A stretch of DNA of 64,000 nt, taken from an uncultured Patescibacteria group bacterium (GTDB lineage Bacteria > Patescibacteriota > Microgenomatia > UBA1400 > PJMF01). The stretch lies in NCBI GenBank assembly GCA_905478415.1, contig CAJQIG010000001.1, forward strand, positions 72,818 through 136,817, given 5' to 3'. Shown piece by piece: positions 57,783-64,000 of this stretch (positions are counted from its first letter, which is position 1; each line of letters begins with the position of its first letter). The notes below the pieces were generated by a model. It was not told the origin of the DNA, did not search any database, and saw only the letters and a list, made by a program, of their open reading frames with translations. Made by a program: the position numbers and the translations under genes.

Positions 57783-58276
57783 CAGACTATAGCCAAAACC
57801 TACGAAGAAGATTTGCTGATGAACTCTATGCTGCAATGGAAAAGAACAGAGATATTTTTGTTTTAACAGGTGATCTGGGGTATAGAGTTTTAGATCAAAT
57901 TAAGGTTGATTTCCCAGACCGGTTTCTTAATGTTGGTGCTGCAGAGCAATCTCTCATTGGAATTGCTGTGGGAATGGCTCTTGAAGGAAAGATTCCGGTT
58001 GTATACTCTATTACTCCCTTTCTTTTGTATAGACCGTTTGAAACCATTAGAAACTACATTGATCATGAAAAAATTCCAGTGAAGCTCATTGGTTCTGGAC
58101 GAGACAAAGATTATGGCCATGATGGTTTTTCTCACTGGTCATGTGAAGATAGAGATGTGATGAAAATATTTAGTAATATTAAATCAGCTTGGCCAGATTC
58201 AGCTGATGAAGTCTCAGTTCTTCTGCCCAAGCTGCTGAGTGATACAAAACCTTGGTATCTAAACTTGAAAAGATAA
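57779..58276 (+). CDS. Transketolase pyrimidine-binding-domain subunit (short C-subunit)
   Basis: 165 aa. GAAEQSLIGIAVGMALEGKIPVVYSITPFL matches the transketolase central domain. Has a 4-nt overlap with the N-subunit gene. Confidence 0.7.
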   Translation: MTDYSQNLRRRFADELYAAMEKNRDIFVLTGDLGYRVLDQIKVDFPDRFLNVGAAEQSLIGIAVGMALEGKIPVVYSITPFLLYRPFETIRNYIDHEKIPVKLIGSGRDKDYGHDGFSHWSCEDRDVMKIFSNIKSAWPDSADEVSVLLPKLLSDTKPWYLNLKR

Positions 58277-58279
58277 AAT

Positions 58280-59245
58280 ATGGGCAAAAAAAAGATTTCG
58301 GCTATTATTGCTTGTTATAAAGATGAGCAAGCAATTCCTTACATGTACCTTCGTTTGAAAAAAGTATTCAAACAACTTTCTGTTGAACATGAAATAATTT
58401 TTGTGAACGATGGGAGTCCTGACAATACCGAAGAAGTTCTAGAAGCATTAGTGAAAAAAGATGCAGCTGTTATAGCGATAACTCATTCTAGAAATTTTAG
58501 CTCTCAAATGGCTTTTACAAGTGGTATGGATATTGCAACGGGAGATTGTGTAGTCTTTCTTGATGGTGATTTACAAGATCCACCTGAGATGATTGCCAAG
58601 TTTTATACAAAATGGCTGGAAGGTTTTGATGTTGTCTATGGAGTTCGTGTTAAACGGGAGGCTCCCTTGTTAATGCAGTGGGCTTATAAAGGCTTTTATC
58701 GTGTTTTTAATAAAATATCATATATTCATATCCCTTTAGATGCTGGCGACTTTTCTTTGATAGATAAAAAGGTATATAGTGAGTTGAAAAGACTTCCAGA
58801 GCGAGATAGATTCTTGCGAGGTCTAAGAGCTTGGCTTGGTTTTAAACAAGTTGGTGTTCCTTACATTAGACCAGAACGAAAATTTGGTGTAACAACAAAT
58901 AATCTAATTAAAAATTTTCAATGGGCTACAAAAGGTATTTTTTCTTTTTCTTATATCCCATTACAAATAATGACGTTCACCTCTTTAGCTGTATTCTTAC
59001 TTTCGTTATTTGGAATTGTATATCAAATTGCTCTATCCTTATTCTTTCCAGAATCCACACCAGACGGAGTGAGTACCATTATTGTATTAGTGTTATTTAT
59101 TGGTTCAATCCAGCTATTAGGAATTAGTATTTTAGGTGAGTACATTGCTAAAATCTTTGAAGAAGTAAAGCAAAGACCAAAGTATATTGTTAAAAATGTG
59201 TTGAGAAAAAAAGTTTCTTATTCTTTAGATAAAGAAACCGTATAG
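58280..59245 (+). CDS. GT2 polyprenyl-phosphate glycosyltransferase (Dpm1/GtrB/ArnC-like)
   Basis: 321 aa with ISAIIACYKDEQAI...FVNDGSPDNT...FLDGDLQDPP (DxD) and two C-terminal transmembrane helices, as in GtrB/ArnC. Confidence 0.75.
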   Translation: MGKKKISAIIACYKDEQAIPYMYLRLKKVFKQLSVEHEIIFVNDGSPDNTEEVLEALVKKDAAVIAITHSRNFSSQMAFTSGMDIATGDCVVFLDGDLQDPPEMIAKFYTKWLEGFDVVYGVRVKREAPLLMQWAYKGFYRVFNKISYIHIPLDAGDFSLIDKKVYSELKRLPERDRFLRGLRAWLGFKQVGVPYIRPERKFGVTTNNLIKNFQWATKGIFSFSYIPLQIMTFTSLAVFLLSLFGIVYQIALSLFFPESTPDGVSTIIVLVLFIGSIQLLGISILGEYIAKIFEEVKQRPKYIVKNVLRKKVSYSLDKETV

Positions 59246-60870
59246 ATATTACACAAATTAAAACAGCCTTCATGAACTTTTTCTAGTTCAAAGGTTTCAG
59301 AATATTTCTTAAAGGTATTTTTAAATTGACCTGAAGCTTCGATTCCATAGTTAGCCAGATAGATTTTTTCGCCATTTGTAAGCTTTTGTGTATAGGTTTC
59401 CAGTAAACTCTGATTGTTAGGAACTCCCCAGACTTCTAGTTTTTTCTGATTAAAATCCTGCTGTTCATCAAAAGGCAGTACAACATAGGTGTTGTTAGTG
59501 AAAAAATCAACCATATAGGGTGAGGTTAAAGAAATAAGTTGGGCCTGCTCTTCTCTCCTCGAAGAAAAGAACGCATTGTATTCTTGGATCGAAAGGTACC
59601 ACCAAGGTGATTCGGCATACTTCAGATTTAGCATGACTTGTGATTTGAGGGGAAGTAATCTGCTACCTAGGAGTATGATCCCAAGTATAAGAGTGGTTCC
59701 TGGTACAAATAGTTTTTTAGGAATAGAGAGTTTCTTAAGAAGCATTTGAATTCTTTTTTGAGAAGAAATATTATCTAACAAAAGTGCCAGGCCAAGTAGG
59801 ATGGCAAAAAATCCAGTAAAGATATATCTCGAGTCAAATGCATAAAAGGTAGACATAAAAATGGTTTGTGCGAGTGTGCTGATACCTAAGTAGAGGGCAA
59901 ATGTTCGGTGTTTTGGTTTTATAAGTGCGGACAGAATTCCAAGAAACCCCAGCCATCCGATCAGTTTGGAAAACCAAGGTCTGACATCCCACAAAAATCG
60001 AGCTGGATGACCAAGTAAAATCTGCACATATTCAGAAAAATGATCAGCAAAGACTGACATACCAAAGTAACTGTTTGTAACAGTGCTTGATCCTGGCGCT
60101 TGGGTTTTTGGAGTGATAATTCTGAGTAAGAAAGCTATGCTTTTAGCGAAATTATAGGAAAAAGGTAGCAGTAATAGAATTGGAAGCCCAAGTATGATAG
60201 TTGCGATCAGGGTTTGTTTATATTTTTTCTGTCGAAGATTAGGCAAGGCCATCTTGAAAAATTGCACCGCAACCAGAGTAACTACCAGTGGCACATAGGC
60301 AAATTTTGTAAAGTAAAATGCAACTGCAACGGTGCCAGTAGCTAATAAAACTTTTTTAGTTGTCTTTTGAAGCATCAGATAACAACTGAGTAGAAACAGC
60401 GGTACTAGGAGGTTCTCGGCCATAGCTAGAGTTGGCAGCCAGAAAAAGTGATAGCTAGTGACAGTTATGCCAAGCACTAATGCGTGAATAAACGGTTCCT
60501 TGGTGATTTTTTTTAGAATTGCGTACAAGAGTACTACACTCAAATAACTTAAAAATACATTGGTAAAGTAGAAGGTTCTGGGATCAAAAGAAAGTAAAAA
60601 CCCAGGTAATAATGCCAATGAATACCCTTGTGGTACTGACGGGTCACTACCAGGTAGACCAGTTTGCAGTCCCGACCGACAGAGGTTCCAAGTGCCTTCG
60701 GCAATAAAGCATCTAGCCACCGTTACATAGTGAAACGAGTCGGGAAAAGGTTCGAAGTTGGGAATGAGTGTTCGAGTGCTATAGGGGTTACGAAAGAGCA
60801 GAAAAAAGAGGGCAAAACTGGCAAGAAAGAGTGGCCAATGACGACCAAACAGGTACTTAATTTTTTTCAT
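59218..60870 (-). CDS. Polytopic GT-C-like membrane protein
   Basis: 550 aa with many transmembrane helices and a periplasmic loop EPFPDSFHYVTVARCF. Its 3' end overlaps the convergent GtrB-like gene by 28 nt. Confidence 0.5.
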   Translation of the reverse strand: MKKIKYLFGRHWPLFLASFALFFLLFRNPYSTRTLIPNFEPFPDSFHYVTVARCFIAEGTWNLCRSGLQTGLPGSDPSVPQGYSLALLPGFLLSFDPRTFYFTNVFLSYLSVVLLYAILKKITKEPFIHALVLGITVTSYHFFWLPTLAMAENLLVPLFLLSCYLMLQKTTKKVLLATGTVAVAFYFTKFAYVPLVVTLVAVQFFKMALPNLRQKKYKQTLIATIILGLPILLLLPFSYNFAKSIAFLLRIITPKTQAPGSSTVTNSYFGMSVFADHFSEYVQILLGHPARFLWDVRPWFSKLIGWLGFLGILSALIKPKHRTFALYLGISTLAQTIFMSTFYAFDSRYIFTGFFAILLGLALLLDNISSQKRIQMLLKKLSIPKKLFVPGTTLILGIILLGSRLLPLKSQVMLNLKYAESPWWYLSIQEYNAFFSSRREEQAQLISLTSPYMVDFFTNNTYVVLPFDEQQDFNQKKLEVWGVPNNQSLLETYTQKLTNGEKIYLANYGIEASGQFKNTFKKYSETFELEKVHEGCFNLCNIYTVSLSKE

Positions 60871-62341
60871 TCGAGCTTTCTAAGATATCAAACAGTTGGG
60901 TTTCAAAGTTTTCTTGAGTATACTGAGTGCTTGCGGTTAGAGCTTTCTCTTTAAATTGGCGCAGCCGAGCTGGATCTTTTGCCAGGTGCTTAGTGATATG
61001 CTGCAATTCTTCTAGAGTATTCCAAGTATACCCCACATCTCGAGCAATTTCAGCTGGGCCGCCCTTATTAATAACAACGGGGATACACCCAGAGGCCATG
61101 GCTTCAATCACAGTGAGACCAAAATGTTCGAGCATCACAGGATATTTTTCTTCGTTAATATCGAGGCCAGTAGCGTGCCAATAGATTCGACTTTTACTTA
61201 AGACTGAGGTGAGTTCTTCAAAACTGGCATTTTCATGAATAACAACGGGGAGGTCTTTAGCGGCAGCTGCTACTTTTTCGAAGTAGGCACGGTGGATGGG
61301 GGCGTCGTTGACGCTGCCAATTAAGTGTAGTTCCCAGCCAGGTAGTTCGGTGTGAAGTTGCCGGAAGGCCTCCACCATTTCAAGTTGTTTCTTACTGTGT
61401 CCGCCTACAAAAAAACGTCCGGTCGAGACAATCCATTTTTGTTTGCGTTCACTTGAATAAAAGTCAGTAATTGGTACTGGTGGATAGGCTATGGGGGTGT
61501 TGATGCCCCAGTATTGAGCCACCCACTTCTTTGTATATTTTGAAATAGAAGCAAGATGAGTATAACTAGCTACTTCTTTTTTAGAAAAATTGCGCGGACC
61601 TGCTTGAAACCGTTCTTTCCAACCAGGGACTATATCCATACATCTTTGGCCAACTTGATTCCAGAGTGAAGTCTTTAGTTGTATTGCTACTCCTTCTGTA
61701 TATTGTGAAGCTGGCAATGTAATGAGCCACTGTCGGATTGGTTTTTCTGATGTTGCAGTGAGCTCGACAGTATTGGAGTGATGTAACACTTTCACTTTTG
61801 TTTTGACCACGGTGTGCAGACTGGTAACTTCTAATTGTTCCACAACAGAAATGGCAAGTTTAGGAAATACAAGCTTAAAAGTAGCTTTTTGCTTTGGCTT
61901 GTTGCATCCTATGGTAATTTGAGTTGCATCTTTTTGAATGTAGAGAGGAAATGTAAATAGGAAACGAACGAAAGGGACAACAACACTGCGAGTCAGCCAT
62001 TCTTTTGGTGTAAGTTTGAGTGTGGTTGGAAAGAAGACAGATAGGAGCGATTGCTTTGCTTTGGAAGGAATCATGTCGGCAAATGAGCTGAGTACAAAGA
62101 GATCATACTCTTTGGTAAAGGGAGTAAGTTCGTAGTCCCAAAGTTCTGGAAGGTATCTAATTGAGAATGATAGTTTCTCTAATCCAAATTTCTTTTTAAG
62201 AAGCTCGGTGTCTGTGGGTCTGTGGGTAAGGAGTTCTACACTGTAGCCTTTTTTTGCTAAAGCTGCAGCAATTGCTAGAGTGTGTCGCTCTCCCCCACCG
62301 AGTGTGTGGAGCCAACGGTCGTAGATGCCTGCTTTTTTCAT
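60857..62341 (-). CDS. Glycosyltransferase family 4 (two-domain)
   Basis: 494 aa. The C-terminal Glycos_transf_1 motif reads GLTVIEAMASGCIPVV. Confidence 0.7.
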   Translation of the reverse strand: MKKAGIYDRWLHTLGGGERHTLAIAAALAKKGYSVELLTHRPTDTELLKKKFGLEKLSFSIRYLPELWDYELTPFTKEYDLFVLSSFADMIPSKAKQSLLSVFFPTTLKLTPKEWLTRSVVVPFVRFLFTFPLYIQKDATQITIGCNKPKQKATFKLVFPKLAISVVEQLEVTSLHTVVKTKVKVLHHSNTVELTATSEKPIRQWLITLPASQYTEGVAIQLKTSLWNQVGQRCMDIVPGWKERFQAGPRNFSKKEVASYTHLASISKYTKKWVAQYWGINTPIAYPPVPITDFYSSERKQKWIVSTGRFFVGGHSKKQLEMVEAFRQLHTELPGWELHLIGSVNDAPIHRAYFEKVAAAAKDLPVVIHENASFEELTSVLSKSRIYWHATGLDINEEKYPVMLEHFGLTVIEAMASGCIPVVINKGGPAEIARDVGYTWNTLEELQHITKHLAKDPARLRQFKEKALTASTQYTQENFETQLFDILESSNEKN

Positions 62342-63258
62342 ATTTTCCCTGTTATTCTATAACGTAGCAAATACGGTAGGTTTCGAGTCAGTTGTACTAG
62401 TACTTTGACCCGAGTAAAAAACCGCTTTTTGAGTTTGATGAGTTGGTACAGAGCTGATAGCTTGTATTTGAAGGTTTCTGTTAATACAGTTCCAAGTGGA
62501 AAGTGTTTCCAAAGAAAAAGAAGTCGGTTAAGTTCGGTCTGATACACAAAAAACGAAGACCACTCTTCACTGCTGGCAGAATGCACGTGGTTTAGTTCTG
62601 ACTTTGGTTGATACCAAATTGAGTACCCCGCTTTGAGCAATCGCAAACTAAAGTCTGTATCCTCATAGTACATAAACATATGTTCATCAAAACCACCGAG
62701 CTCTAAAAAGATTTTTCGGTCGATAGCTACGCTGACACCACTAAAGGCAGCTAGTTCTGTTTCTTTGGCATAGTATTCCGAGTCATTTTCGTAGAGCTGT
62801 TGACGATCTTTAGTAATTACGGCTCCTCTGTCCCTCGAGTGTCCGTCGTGAAAGACATAATTTCCGGCATTTTGAATAAAGTCTTGGCCATCAATCGAAA
62901 TTTTTGTTTTAGCATTTACTGCTCCCACGTTAGGATGCACTTTGAAGCTGCGCAGCAGTGGTTGCAACCAATTTGGATCAACTACTGTGTCGGGATTAAG
63001 TAAGACAATGTATTTGCTATTTGCAAGTTCGGCGGCTCTGTTAACTGCTGCAGCAAAGCCAAGATTTTTTTCTGACGTATGAATGAGGATATCAGGAAAC
63101 TGTTTCTTAATTTTTAAGATGGTTGAGTCACTGGAAGCATTGTCCCAAACAATTGTTTCACAGTGTTCCACACCTTTCACATGTTTCACGGAACGCAAGC
63201 AGCGGCCTATAAATTCTGCACTATTATAGGTGATAATGATAATTGAAGCTTTTGTCAT
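62338..63258 (-). CDS. Glycosyltransferase family 2
   Basis: 306 aa. ASIIIITYNSAEFIGRCLRSV...WDNASSDST is the GT2 signature. Confidence 0.75.
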   Translation of the reverse strand: MTKASIIIITYNSAEFIGRCLRSVKHVKGVEHCETIVWDNASSDSTILKIKKQFPDILIHTSEKNLGFAAAVNRAAELANSKYIVLLNPDTVVDPNWLQPLLRSFKVHPNVGAVNAKTKISIDGQDFIQNAGNYVFHDGHSRDRGAVITKDRQQLYENDSEYYAKETELAAFSGVSVAIDRKIFLELGGFDEHMFMYYEDTDFSLRLLKAGYSIWYQPKSELNHVHSASSEEWSSFFVYQTELNRLLFLWKHFPLGTVLTETFKYKLSALYQLIKLKKRFFTRVKVLVQLTRNLPYLLRYRITGKI

Positions 63259-63344
63259 GGTAGTTTGTGGACGACAAGGTTTGTTTCGTCTTCTAGTAGT
63301 ATCTCAAATTGATCGGAATGTACAAGATCTAGGAATATATGTTT

Positions 63345-63378
63345 AAAAAATGACCCCAGGCAACAGTGCCCAGGGTCA
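63345..63378 (-). terminator. Rho-independent terminator downstream of the 63402-63950 gene
   Basis: Hairpin TGACCC-CA-GGCA-ACAG-TGCC-CA-GGGTCA (63351-63378) followed on the minus strand by UUUUUU. Confidence 0.55.
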
Positions 63379-63401
63379 ACTAATGTCACTTGGCTTTTGT
63401 A

Positions 63402-63950
63402 TTAAAAGCAGTAAGAAAGGGCGGGTTGCCCTTCCTTCTCAGTAACGGTTACATTCACAAAACGGATTTCTGCATCTTCCCTGTCAGGGATACAGGCAAA
63501 TCGGGCAGTTTGGCCCCAATGTATGACCAGGAGGCCAGTCGTAATTTGCTTGGTTTCTAGCTGTACATTTTTTGGTTCTAGCAGCCATTGCGGCTTGTCT
63601 ACTTCATGTTCATCCTCAAAAGTTGTCAGGACGAAGCTATCAGTATTTGGCAAAGTTGCTAGTACGTATACCAGCACAGTTTGGTCTGGCTCAACAGCTG
63701 GGCCAATCTGTACCCAGTTTTGTTTGCCTTCTTTGAACATCACATCTGGATGTGCCAATGCAGCAGAGACTGGATCCATAATTCTGAATCCGTTGGAAAA
63801 GGATACCAACGCCCGACTTTTTTCTATTGATCCTGACATCAGCCGACGTCCATCTGGCAAGAACAGTTCGTGACTGACCATTCTGTTGATGGGAATTCCT
63901 GGTTGGAACAGTTCTAACCGGGAGCTAACTTGCAAGGTATAAGGAATCAT
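63402..63950 (-). CDS. Hypothetical protein (182 aa), noticeably GC-richer than its neighbours
   Basis: ORF with no recognisable motifs. Local GC looks near 50% against roughly 40% elsewhere. It is terminated by its own intrinsic terminator. Confidence 0.5.
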   Translation of the reverse strand: MIPYTLQVSSRLELFQPGIPINRMVSHELFLPDGRRLMSGSIEKSRALVSFSNGFRIMDPVSAALAHPDVMFKEGKQNWVQIGPAVEPDQTVLVYVLATLPNTDSFVLTTFEDEHEVDKPQWLLEPKNVQLETKQITTGLLVIHWGQTARFACIPDREDAEIRFVNVTVTEKEGQPALSYCF

Positions 63951-64000
63951 GTTTCTCCTTTAAACGGTGAACAATTCGGGTACCCAGAGACTTCCCTCTT

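Noticed and set aside
1-64000. Searched for CRISPR arrays, IS or transposase genes, integrases and rRNA genes
   Set aside because: No direct-repeat arrays with regular spacers, no DDE or tyrosine-recombinase-like ORFs and no rRNA-like conserved stretches were seen. The only repeats are short hairpins and the protein-level paralogy of the two Wzy_C-like genes.

Overview
This 64-kb window is almost entirely coding and reads as a compact bacterial chromosome segment (overall GC roughly 40%) with most genes on the minus strand and frequent 1-4 nt start/stop overlaps.

It divides into three parts.

(1) 1-21.6 kb is a conserved housekeeping block. It holds the N-terminal part of ileS behind a T-box leader, then a complete division/cell-wall (dcw) cluster in the order mraZ-rsmH-ftsL-ftsI-(murE-like)-yvcK-murC-murB-murA-mraY-ftsW-murG-ftsQ-ftsA-ftsZ. 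Next come a secreted hypothetical protein, glyQS with its own T-box leader, a murF-like gene and a short recO-like gene.

(2) 22-48 kb is a very large cell-surface glycan biosynthesis region. It contains an initiating sugar-phosphate transferase, manC, many GT4 and GT2 glycosyltransferases, several large polytopic GT-C-like (ArnT/PMT-like) membrane proteins and a UDP-xylose synthase. It also contains two paralogous O-antigen-ligase-like (Wzy_C-type) membrane proteins, one of them a 1182-aa fusion. The ruvB-ruvA-ruvC genes are embedded in the middle of this region, and it also holds several unrecognisable hypothetical proteins.

(3) 48.5-59.2 kb is a markedly AT-richer island transcribed on the opposite (+) strand. 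It encodes a branched/modified-sugar module: two methyltransferases (one fused to a GT2), an SDR epimerase/dehydratase, a zinc-ribbon C-methyltransferase-like enzyme and a split transketolase. It also encodes a GtrB/Dpm1-like polyprenyl-phosphate glycosyltransferase, flanked by GT-C-type membrane proteins.

No rRNA or tRNA genes, CRISPR arrays or transposases were seen. Gene content and divergence suggest a reduced-genome, monoderm-like (Firmicutes-related or candidate-phyla-like) organism, but this is inference only.
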